From an uncultured Nitrospiraceae bacterium (lineage in GTDB: Bacteria; Nitrospirota; Thermodesulfovibrionia; Thermodesulfovibrionales; Dissulfurispiraceae): a stretch of DNA of 64,000 bases. How positions within the stretch are numbered: position 1 is the stretch's first letter; each line of letters begins with the position of its first letter. Below the pieces are notes generated by a model that made no database searches, was not told the origin of the DNA, and saw only the letters and a list, made by a program, of their open reading frames with translations. Below are positions 10,307 to 19,368 of this stretch, in pieces. The stretch lies in NCBI GenBank assembly GCA_963727805.1, contig CAVSHF010000003.1, forward strand, positions 704,001 to 768,000, written 5' to 3'. The position numbers and the translations under genes are program-made.

Positions 10307-12421
10307 CTACATCCCAAACACCACTTCATGCTCCTCCATATCCACTCTCTCGATTCTCACCGACAGCTCCTGACCGATAGTAAAGCGCTTTTTGCGGTTG
10401 AGCCCTACTAGACTCATTTGTTTCTCGTTATACTCATAAAAATCGTCGGTCATGAACGAGACGTGCAGGAAGCCCTCTACATAAACATCCTTGAGTCTAA
10501 CCTTCAGTCCGTAAGATGTGACCGCAACTACCTTTCCGACGAACACTTCCCCGACCTTGTTCTTCATATACCATACCCTCATGGCATTAAGAACATTGCG
10601 CTCCGCCTGATCGGCAAGTCTCTCGGTCCTCGATGAATGGAAAGCGATATCGGGAAGGGTCGATTCGAGTTCCTTGACCCGCTTATCACCAAGATGCTTT
10701 TTTGAAAGGACCTCCCTCAATATCCGATGCACGACGAGGTCTGGATATCTTCTGATAGGAGACGTAAAATGGGAATAGCTTTCGGAGGCAAGGCCGAAAT
10801 GTCCGATATTTACGGTCGAATACTTGGCCTGTTTAAGGCTCCTAAGTATCATGTGATTGATAACATCCTCTGCTTCGCTGCCTTTGACTTTTGTCAGAAG
10901 AGAAGGGAAATCTTTCGGTTTCAGGCCCTTTTTGATATTAACTATGCCAAGACGGGCAACAATCGCAACTATCTCCTCAAGCTTCATCGGATCGGGTTCT
11001 TCGTGTATCCTGTAGATGTTGGGCACTTCAAGACCTTCCAGATGTTCCGCGACCGCCTCGTTAGCCGCGATCATGAATTCCTCAATGATCATATGCGCGA
11101 AGTTCCTCTCGGCCCGTATGATATCTTCTGGATTTCCTTGAATATCAAGTAAAACCTCGGGCTCGGGCAGGTCAAAATCGAGGCTTCCCCTCTTTAGCCT
11201 TTGGCCCTTCATGACCTCACACAATTCGCCCATCAACTCGAACTCGGTTACCAGACCCTTGTATTTGCTTCTTTCTGCAGGGTCTTTGTCTATAAGTATT
11301 TTCTTTACGGCAGTATACGTCATCCTCTCATCACTATGAATAACGCTCGGGTAAAATTTCTTGAAAACCCGCTCTCCTTTTGCGCTAAATGCCATCTCGA
11401 TCGTAAAGGCAAGCCTATCGACCTTAGGCCTGAGGCTGCATAGGTCCTCCGAAAGCTCCTTTGGCAGCATTGGGACGACGCGATCCGTGAAATAGACGCT
11501 GGTGCCCCTCTTGCGCGCCTCTTTATCGATCAGAGTATCCCACTTGACATAGTGCCCGACATCAGCGATGTGCACCCACAGACGGTATCCGGTCTCTGTC
11601 CTTGAAATCGAGACGGCATCGTCAAAATCCTTCGCTCTTTCGCCGTCGATCGTAACGGTAATCAGTTCACGAAGGTCTTTTCTCTTGGGAGTAACCTGTT
11701 CATCAAGTCCCACGGCGTTATATAAGGCCTTCGCTTCTTCCGCAACTGCGTGAGGGAACCGTCTTGTGATTCCTAACTCGTCGATGATCATTTCTATTTC
11801 ATCCAGTGGCGATTTAGGCTTTTGAAGCACCTTGATAATCTTGCCGGCAGGAGGTCTTTTATCCGTAGGATAGCTGATGATCTCCGCTATCACGTTGTCC
11901 CCATCTTGAGCCGTAGCAATATCATCGGGTGAGATATAAAGATCAAAAGGCACCGCCCTGCTTTTAGGTCTCACGAAGTAGGCAGCCCTTCCCCTTTCGA
12001 AGATCCCAGACACTCTCGTGCAGGACCTTTCGAGAATTCGAATAATCCGACCTTCCCTTCGCCCTTTGTTCTCCATTCTCGCTACTACGCGGTCGTTATT
12101 CATAGCTCCAAAAGCCGACCGCGCGGGGATAAAGACATCTCGCTCACCCGGTTTGTCGAGGATTACAAAACCATACCCGTCCCGATGTGCCTCGAAGTAT
12201 CCCGTAACGAGGCTCATCTCCTCCGCTAGACCATAGAGCCCTTTCCTCGTTCTTACAATCTGACCTTCACTGACAAGTTCGCGCAGAATCTTTTTTACAG
12301 CCCGTTTCCCGGGTGAGTCAAGATGAAGCCATGTGCCAAGCTCCCTGAAACTAATGGGGCTTGAGACTTTATCCCTAAAGAATGAATATATACTTTCATT
12401 TGATATCATTATGTTAGACAT
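10307..12421 (-). CDS. rnr: Ribonuclease R
   Basis: CSD (HRDGYGFV), RNB domain (TIDGERAKDFDDA, HFTSPIRRYPDL), C-terminal S1. Confidence 0.95.
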   Translation of the reverse strand: MSNIMISNESIYSFFRDKVSSPISFRELGTWLHLDSPGKRAVKKILRELVSEGQIVRTRKGLYGLAEEMSLVTGYFEAHRDGYGFVILDKPGERDVFIPARSAFGAMNNDRVVARMENKGRREGRIIRILERSCTRVSGIFERGRAAYFVRPKSRAVPFDLYISPDDIATAQDGDNVIAEIISYPTDKRPPAGKIIKVLQKPKSPLDEIEMIIDELGITRRFPHAVAEEAKALYNAVGLDEQVTPKRKDLRELITVTIDGERAKDFDDAVSISRTETGYRLWVHIADVGHYVKWDTLIDKEARKRGTSVYFTDRVVPMLPKELSEDLCSLRPKVDRLAFTIEMAFSAKGERVFKKFYPSVIHSDERMTYTAVKKILIDKDPAERSKYKGLVTEFELMGELCEVMKGQRLKRGSLDFDLPEPEVLLDIQGNPEDIIRAERNFAHMIIEEFMIAANEAVAEHLEGLEVPNIYRIHEEPDPMKLEEIVAIVARLGIVNIKKGLKPKDFPSLLTKVKGSEAEDVINHMILRSLKQAKYSTVNIGHFGLASESYSHFTSPIRRYPDLVVHRILREVLSKKHLGDKRVKELESTLPDIAFHSSRTERLADQAERNVLNAMRVWYMKNKVGEVFVGKVVAVTSYGLKVRLKDVYVEGFLHVSFMTDDFYEYNEKQMSLVGLNRKKRFTIGQELSVRIERVDMEEHEVVFGM

Positions 12422-12433
12422 GTTTACCTCAAG

Positions 12434-14359
12434 TTACTTAATAGCTTTTTTCTCGGTGAATTCGCGCATCATTTCCATAGCTCCATCCTGATTATGAAGT
12501 ACTGAACCTTTAAGTTCCATGTATTTTCTCTTTGACTTCGGGTCGTTATCCTTAAAATATATATCAAGATGTTTGATTTCCCTATCGACCTTTCTTGAAA
12601 GCGACAGGTAATCTTCATACTTCTTTTTTTCGGCCTTTATCGAGAAATCACCCGGCATCTGCCATTTATCCCTGAAATAGACCCATGACGCAAAATCCTC
12701 GAGTTTATATCCATCAGCCACTTTTATCGGCTGATCGCTCTTCATATCGGTGATTTTCAGCCCGTCCTTTCCGGCAATGATCCGATAACCTCCTGTAAAC
12801 GCTTCAACAGCGCCTTGATCATCCATATATTCCCATCTTGATGCAGCCACCTGTTTTTCCTTATGACAGCTTTCGCACGTTCTGCCTTTGCCGAAGGGAT
12901 GAGATGCTTGCTGAATCTCTATCCAGAGCATATGCTTGTTATCTGCATTAGCGTTGAAGGTCCCAACCATGTAATATGGGTCGCGTGTTTCGCCCTTCGG
13001 CCAACGAAACGTCACCTGGCCTGAAGGGTTGACGTCGGATTTGATGTTCCCGACACTATGCGGAAAGACCTTTACCGCCATCCATTTGCCCTTTTGATCT
13101 TTCATCAGAATAGGCGGGTTCTGAATACCGTAATAGAGAGAATACTTGTTAAAGGGATTTTCCTTTTCTTGGACTTTGCCCGGCCCCCATATTACGATCT
13201 GGTAGCCTCTCAACTCGTTGATATGACAGGCGGAGCAATCAAGGTTCTTATGAATGCTCTTTGCATGAGCGTCCTCGATCTCAATGTGACAGTCCTGGCA
13301 GTTAGCCTTGCGCTGCATATCGCCCATGCCTTTTTCACCCGTGGTATGACAGTCAGCGCAATGGATATTCTTCTTATAATGTACATCTGGGGCCATGCCT
13401 TCGGGAAGGGAATACGATCCGCCGATATATGTACCCCCTCTCCGGCTTTGCATCGCTCCTGTATGGCACATGCTCGTGCCTCTGCCGTTGCCTGAGCAAC
13501 TCGCCGAGGTCGGCTTACTCGAGATGTGATGAAGACCCTTTTGGGGACTTGGATCATAGTGACAGTCGAGACAACCTGCATGGCAGACATTACAATATTT
13601 CTGCTTTGCTATCGCCTGCTCTTTTGAAAAGGGAACATTAATCTCCTTAGCGATATCTTCGGTATTCTTGAAGGAGAAACCCGCGCTTTTTAATACCTCC
13701 GCCGGAGGTAGGTCCGCAAAGGACGGTCCTCAATTTTGAGGCCCATATGGTTCAAGCCATGTTCTCATGGTCCGCTGTCTGAAGTTAGTCGCCATTATCG
13801 TCGTCTTGAACTGCTTAAGCTGCTCTGGATGGCAATTCGATTTCCCACAGGTTTTTTTGGCTATTTCGGGATCGAAATTGAATGTAACACGGTCCCTGTC
13901 CTGCCAAACAACATTTCTGACATCGGACAAAGGAGAATAGATGCCGTGCTCTTTGATTTGAGGAAGCAGCTGTCTGATCGCGTCGTCTCCCCTCGGCATG
14001 AGCGCCTCTGGATATATCCTTTTCCTGTTGAGCGCCTCTCCTGTAGTTCCTACCAGGATAGTCCGGAGCATGCCTGAATGCGCTTTGTCCGGCTCGGTCG
14101 CCCTTCCATCTCCCAGATGGCAATCACGGCACGGCACGTTGGGATGCTTGCTTTCGGTTTCAACCATCTTGGAGGTGACATAGAATTGCGGATAACCAGC
14201 ACGAGTCATCTTTTCACTGTCAGAATGGCAACGGATACACTCTGCACTCGAATCGTTCCATGCCCGGTAGCCCAGCAAAGTTACGACGAGGATAAACTGG
14301 AGAAGAAAGATGATGACGGTTTTGCGGTTAATGTAGTCGCTCAGGGAGCCGATCTTCAT
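12434..14359 (-). CDS. Membrane-anchored multiheme c-type cytochrome, probable selenoprotein (Sec at codon 210, TGA 13730-13732)
   Basis: Reading through the TGA gives an open frame (PYGPQN-U-GPSFADLPP...KYCNVCHAGCLDCH...TSMCHTGA) that joins the 12434-13471 ORF in frame; 641 aa, 8 CxxCH plus CX4CH and CX9CH. Confidence 0.85.
13694..13732 (-). promoter_or_regulatory. Candidate bacterial SECIS element
   Basis: TGA, 19 nt, then perfect hairpin TACCTCC-GGC-GGAGGTA; the apical loop starts with G, 26 nt after the UGA. Confidence 0.7.
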
Positions 14360-14497
14360 GCTAACTTATGGATTGAACGGTTCGGCCGGTTTTTCAGGTC
14401 CTGTAGAAGAAGGAACATTGGCATTAGGTTCTTGATCGGAGCCCTCCGGCTGAGCTGAAACCGACGGTTTCGGTTTCCGAATTTTCTTTACGGATTG

Positions 14498-15553
14498 TCA
14501 ACGGGCTTCAGCCTTAGGTGCAAGGGACTTTTGCTCGGGCAAGGTTCGTCTCACAACCTGTCCCTTTTTTCCACCCGGCAGTGCCGTACCGTCGAACTTG
14601 ACCGTACACCCCCCTGCGTTTCCGATGATGATGCTGAAGGCGTTGGTAGCTTTATAGGTGATCCTCTCGCCCGGCCTCAAAAGTGCCTCTTTCGTTTCGT
14701 TGCCATCAATAACTACCTGGACCCAAGTCAAATCAGCCGCAGCTACCTCCAACAGATGCTTCTTTTGCGCAGAAATAGTTTTCTCTTTGGCTCTCGGTTC
14801 ATTTGAGGCAACGATGGGTGCTGCAGCCTTCACAGCCTGTTCTTTCTGCACAGGGCTCTCCGACGATATGAGTGGTGCTTTAGCCTTCACAGCCTGTTCT
14901 TTCTGTGCAGGGCTCTCTGACGATACCAGGGCAAATCTCGGCGTCTTTTCTCCCATCTTCGACGACACAAATTGATAAATAATGGCAACAATGACTAAAA
15001 ATAAAAGAGTGCCTTTCCATATAAGCTTGTTTCTCTTTGCCCTAGCCTCTTCGTTGATCCTTGCTATTCGTAACGCTTCTGCCTGTGTCTTGACATCCTT
15101 GCTAAGAGTGTCGTCGTGGACCTCTTGCCGAGGGACATTCTGCTGCTTTTTTTGCTCCGCGTTCTCATCGACTCTTGCTATTGTCGACGCTTCTGTCGGT
15201 ATCTTAATTCCCTTGGGAAGAGCGTCATCATGGTCTTCTTGCCGAGGCACATTCTGTTGCTTTTTTTGCTCTGCCTTCTCCATTATTTCAGCAAGATACC
15301 CCAACTTATTTCCTTTTGCCCCCCGTTTCATTTCGAGATATTTCTCGTATGGCGCGAGGACAGACTCAACAGGCAGCCCGAGATATTTCGCGTATTCCCT
15401 TATGTATCCACGCGTGTCAACCTCGTTGGGGAGCTTGGCATAATCCTCATCTTCTATTGCAAGCAAACAACTTTCTTTGATGTGAGTGTCAGACGCAATT
15501 TTCTTGATAGGCGTGCCCAGATCTTCTCTTTGTTTTTTGAGCAGTTTAGACAT
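14498..15553 (-). CDS. rodZ: RodZ-like protein (HTH-TM-DUF4115), copy 1, C-terminal tail cut by a stop
   Basis: LLAIEDEDYAKLP...RGYIREYAKYLGL; one TM; TWVQVVIDG, IGNAGG. Confidence 0.8.
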   Translation of the reverse strand: MSKLLKKQREDLGTPIKKIASDTHIKESCLLAIEDEDYAKLPNEVDTRGYIREYAKYLGLPVESVLAPYEKYLEMKRGAKGNKLGYLAEIMEKAEQKKQQNVPRQEDHDDALPKGIKIPTEASTIARVDENAEQKKQQNVPRQEVHDDTLSKDVKTQAEALRIARINEEARAKRNKLIWKGTLLFLVIVAIIYQFVSSKMGEKTPRFALVSSESPAQKEQAVKAKAPLISSESPVQKEQAVKAAAPIVASNEPRAKEKTISAQKKHLLEVAAADLTWVQVVIDGNETKEALLRPGERITYKATNAFSIIIGNAGGCTVKFDGTALPGGKKGQVVRRTLPEQKSLAPKAEAR

Positions 15554-15822
15554 GTGCCTAACTTTAACATACAAGAAACAAGAAATTAAAGGCATGCAAG
15601 ACCGTGAACTAGTTACCACTTAGCCACGGGACCCGGTTGATGTTACTGGGAGTTCAGTTTTCCCACCCTTGAACCCATACATCTGCCGGGACAGCGATGT
15701 TTCGAGGGCTCGCTTGGTGCTTAAATTATCGCGGGAGGCTCTATGGGTTTGCCAGAAGTAGCAAAATATAGAGGAGAGCACCTTTATCCGGCTTATGGCA
15801 GATCGGGTGTGGGTGGTTATGA

Positions 15823-16071
15823 TTATGAAAATCTCAAGAAATATGAGATCCTATCAAAAGGAGCCTGCGTAACATCAATGACGACCGGGTTGTCTCTGTT
15901 ATCAGCATAATAAGCGATTACACTGTTGTCCGGCAGTTTTTCAATGACAATTTGAAGACCGTGACACCGACACTCAAAAGTATAGCGATTATGGCTGTGT
16001 TCAAGGACGAGTCGGAGACGGTCAAGCAGCGGCAATGGCCTATTCCTGTCCTCAACCCTTATGGTTTTCAC
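15823..16071 (-). CDS. Hypothetical protein lying between the duplicated blocks
   Basis: 82-aa ORF, GTG start just after an extended -10-like TGGTAAACT. Confidence 0.45.
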   Translation of the reverse strand: MKTIRVEDRNRPLPLLDRLRLVLEHSHNRYTFECRCHGLQIVIEKLPDNSVIAYYADNRDNPVVIDVTQAPFDRISYFLRFS

Positions 16072-16121
16072 AGAGAGAGTTTACCAGAATTCTTCATACT
16101 TTATTCTATCTTATAGTCCGA

Positions 16122-16239
16122 CTGCGCTCGAATCTTTCCATGCCAGGTAGCGTAGCAAAGTTACAACAAGGACAAACTGGAGAAGTAAGATGAGGAAGGT
16201 TTTGCGGTTAATCTAGTCGCTGAGGGAAGTGTTCTGCAT
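16122..16239 (-). pseudogene. 5' remnant of the multiheme cytochrome gene
   Basis: Clearly similar to 14242-14359: MQNTSLSD*INRKTFLILLLQFVLVVTLLRYLAWKDSSA versus MKIGSLSDYINRKTVIIFLLQFILVVTLLGYRAWNDSSA; TAC>TAG stop. Confidence 0.85.
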
Positions 16240-16241
16240 GC

Positions 16242-17468
16242 TCAATTACTGACGGGCGGTCCGGCCGGCCCAGGCAAAACAGAAGAAGGGACTTTATCTT
16301 TAGATGTTTGATCGGAGCTTTCCGGGCGAGTTGGAACTAGTTTCGGAATTTTTTTTACAGAATTCCCATGGGCCTCAGCCTGAGGAGCGAGGTACTTTTT
16401 TGCGGGTAAGGTTAGTCTCAACACCTCTCCTTTTTTCCCACCAGGCAGCTCCTTCCCATCGAACTTAATCTTAGTCCCCCCGGCGTTTCCGACGAAGACG
16501 CGGAATGTTTCATTGGCTTCATAGGTTGCCGTTTCGCCCTGCTTCATCAGTGCCTCTTTCTTTTTGACGCCATCTACAATAACCTGGACCCATGTGGTAT
16601 CGGTGGCAGAGATTTCAAGTTGATGCTTATTCTGTTGTGGAATTCTCATTTCTCCGGCCAGGAGCTTATTTGCAGGAGCAGCCGGCGCTTCAGGCTTAGC
16701 CTGTTCTTTGCGTGCCTGTTCTTTCTGTGCCTGTTCTTTCTGTGCCTGTTCTTTCTGTGCCTGTTCTTTCTGTGCCTGTTCTTTCTGTGCCTGTTCTTTC
16801 TGTGCCTGTTCTTTCTGTGCCTGTTCTTTCTGTGCTTGCTCTGTCTGTGCTTGCTCTTTCTGAGCTTGCTCTTTATGTGCTAGCTCTGCCTGTGCTTGCT
16901 CCGTCAGCGCCTGCTCTGTCTGCGCTAGTTCTTTCTGTACCGTTTGCTCCGACGACATTGGGGCCACACGAATCTCTTTTTCTTGCACCTTCGACGAAAC
17001 GAATTGATAAATAATGGCAAGAATAACTAAAAATAAAAGAGAGCCTTTCCATATAAGCCTGTTCCTCTTAGCCTTACCCTCTTCCTGGCCTCTTTCTATT
17101 CTCATCGATTCTGGTGTCTTAACTTCCTTGCAAGCAGCGGTTCGATGGTCTTCAGGCCGAGAGACATTCTGCTGTTCTTTTTGCTCCGCTTTGTGAGTGA
17201 CTTCAGCAATAGACTCAGTCTTTTTCCCTTTTGCTTCCCCTTGCATTTCGAGATATTTTTCGTAGGGCTCCAAGATAGTCTCAGTAGGCAGACCTAGATA
17301 TTTCGCGTATTCCTTTATGTATCCGCGCGTATAAACCTCAGGGGGGAGCTTTTCATAATCCTCATCTTCTATCGACTGCAAACAACTTTTCTTAATGCGG
17401 GTGTTGGCCGCGATTTCCTTAATATTCTTGCCGAGATCTTCTCTCTGTTTTTTCAGCAGTTTAGACAT
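16242..17468 (-). CDS. rodZ: RodZ-like protein, copy 2
   Basis: Same HTH-TM-DUF4115 architecture with an EQAQK repeat linker. Confidence 0.85.
   Translation of the reverse strand: MSKLLKKQREDLGKNIKEIAANTRIKKSCLQSIEDEDYEKLPPEVYTRGYIKEYAKYLGLPTETILEPYEKYLEMQGEAKGKKTESIAEVTHKAEQKEQQNVSRPEDHRTAACKEVKTPESMRIERGQEEGKAKRNRLIWKGSLLFLVILAIIYQFVSSKVQEKEIRVAPMSSEQTVQKELAQTEQALTEQAQAELAHKEQAQKEQAQTEQAQKEQAQKEQAQKEQAQKEQAQKEQAQKEQAQKEQAQKEQARKEQAKPEAPAAPANKLLAGEMRIPQQNKHQLEISATDTTWVQVIVDGVKKKEALMKQGETATYEANETFRVFVGNAGGTKIKFDGKELPGGKKGEVLRLTLPAKKYLAPQAEAHGNSVKKIPKLVPTRPESSDQTSKDKVPSSVLPGPAGPPVSN
16699..16935. repeat. 15-bp coding tandem repeat (GCCTGTTCTTTCTGT)n encoding EQAQK
   Basis: 8 perfect units at 16714-16833 plus degenerate flanking units. 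Confidence 0.95.
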
Positions 17469-17572
17469 GATACTAACTTTAACACATAAGAAACATGAAA
17501 TTAAAGACATCCAAGACCTTTACTGGTGCTTCAGCTTTTCATTGTAAACCTCATATGCTAAAATAGTTTACA

Positions 17573-18802
17573 ATGAAAAGGGTTGTTATTACTGGAATAG
17601 GCGCTGTGACCCCGCTGGCGGCTACCTTTGATCAGTCATGGGATTCGGTCAAGCAAGGTCTTTCGGGCATCAGCACGATCAGTCGGCTTAGTCATACACA
17701 CCTGAGATGGAAGGCAGCTGGAGAGGTGCGCAATTTGAAAAGAGAGTCCTATCTATCAGCAAAGGAATCTAATTGCATCGATCACTTCGCTCTCTTTGCA
17801 ATTGTCGCTGCGAGAGAGGCAAGTGAAAGTGCTGGATTGATTTCAAAAAAGACAAATTATCTGTCACAGGCAGGGATTATCATCGGATCCAGCAGGGGCG
17901 GCGTTACTACCCTGGAAAAGGAGTTCATGAAAATATATTCGAGGCCAGATTCGCATGTGCGTCTTTCGCCCTTTCTCATGCCAATGAGCACAATTAGTTC
18001 GGCAGCCGCATTTGCGGCGATGAAATTCGGCATAAAAGGTTATTGTCTCAGCATTTCTAACGCATGTTGTTCCGGGACAAACGCCATCGGTGAAGCTTTT
18101 CATATGATCAGGAGCGGTCTTTCCAAAGTGTTGATTGCTGGCGGTGCAGAAGCGCCTCTCTGCAGGCTTTGTATTGAAGGATACGGCTCCTCAGGCGCCT
18201 TGTCGAAAGCTGATCCTGACAAAGCAAGCTGTCCTTTCGATATAAGACGCGACGGATTTGTCCTGGCAGAAGGTGCGTGTATTCTTGTGCTCGAAGAGCT
18301 GGAGTCCGCGCTGCAGAGGAATGTGCCCATCATTGGCGAAATCATCGGATACGGCAACACATGTGATGCATCTCATCCGACAAAGCCGTCGGTTGAGGGT
18401 GAAACAATGGCTATGAAGGCGGCCCTTCACGATGCAGGAATTTCAGCAGCCGACGTAGATTATGTTAATGCTCACGGTACTTCAACGGTATTGGGTGATA
18501 AAGTAGAGGCTCAAGCGATAAAGAATGTCTTTGGAAAACCCATGGTCCCCGTCAGTTCAGTCAAGTCGATGACTGGCCATATGCTTGCTGCATCAGGTGC
18601 CTTTGAAACAGCCTGCACCGCCATGAGCCTTAAGGAAGGATTCATCCCTGCCACAATAAACATCCGCAACATCGATCCCCAGTGCCCTATCAACCTGATT
18701 ACCGAGCCAACAAAAGCTGCGTTGGACATCGCGGTCACCAATTCCTTCGGGTTTGGAGGTCTCAATGCAGTGCTGGCGCTAAAGCGGTTTCGTCCTAATT
18801 GA
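17573..18802 (+). CDS. fabF: 3-oxoacyl-ACP synthase II
   Basis: KRVVITGIG, SNAC, RDGFVLAEGA, NAHGTST, KSMTGH, NSFGFGG. Confidence 0.9.
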   Translation: MKRVVITGIGAVTPLAATFDQSWDSVKQGLSGISTISRLSHTHLRWKAAGEVRNLKRESYLSAKESNCIDHFALFAIVAAREASESAGLISKKTNYLSQAGIIIGSSRGGVTTLEKEFMKIYSRPDSHVRLSPFLMPMSTISSAAAFAAMKFGIKGYCLSISNACCSGTNAIGEAFHMIRSGLSKVLIAGGAEAPLCRLCIEGYGSSGALSKADPDKASCPFDIRRDGFVLAEGACILVLEELESALQRNVPIIGEIIGYGNTCDASHPTKPSVEGETMAMKAALHDAGISAADVDYVNAHGTSTVLGDKVEAQAIKNVFGKPMVPVSSVKSMTGHMLAASGAFETACTAMSLKEGFIPATINIRNIDPQCPINLITEPTKAALDIAVTNSFGFGGLNAVLALKRFRPN

Positions 18803-18912
18803 AAAGAACAGCCGGAAATCGAATTCCCATCGGCGAACTACTTAATTCTGTTCACCCCCGTGACCGATTTCAGAAAAAAAGACTTAAGATGTCTCCGCCA
18901 CTGCGAAGATGT

Positions 18913-19101
18913 TCATTCATCAGCCTTAGAACTTTCCTCAAATACTTGCGGATTAATATTGCCAGAGGTGGGGCCTCCACACTCAGGGATATAACAAGTA
19001 ACGTCTACATATTCGCACTTTTCCTTACACGACGGACAGCTATCCGGAGGGACATCCTTTTCTATCGTATTCCCACACTTGTTACATTTCCATATCGTCA
19101 T
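18913..19101 (-). CDS. Small rubredoxin-like protein
   Basis: WKCNKCG...PPDSCPSCKEKCEYVDVTCYIPECG; GGAGG RBS. Confidence 0.8.
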   Translation of the reverse strand: MTIWKCNKCGNTIEKDVPPDSCPSCKEKCEYVDVTCYIPECGGPTSGNINPQVFEESSKADE

Positions 19102-19368
19102 GATTGCCTCCATTTCAGAGAAGATTAATTCGACCTAGTCATGGATAATTAATAACTCCAAAACAATCGAATGTCAAATATAGGCTGATGATGTGTCAAT
19201 AATGAAAATGACCGCTTTTCAACAAGTAACTGCTCATGTGGAAGGCATATTAAGAATTTTTCTCGTCTTTGCCTCTTGCGTACTGCACAATGGCGTGCTA
19301 TTCTGTGATTAAGTTTGTGCGGATGCATAGTCATTAATTCTGAACGGTAACCATATAAGGAGTTCATT

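Noticed and set aside
14498..14500. rodZ TGA as selenocysteine or genome-wide UGA recoding
   Set aside because: Aligns to Gly in the paralog, no SECIS-like hairpin, and many other genes end normally at TGA (including ATGA overlaps)
15600..15720. Possible structured RNA (6S- or TPP-like words such as CCCTTGAACCC)
   Set aside because: Lacks the long 6S duplex and the TPP CUGAGA core; only short stems
16699..16935. Tandem repeat as a CRISPR array
   Set aside because: Contiguous 15-bp units with no spacers, in frame within rodZ, no cas genes
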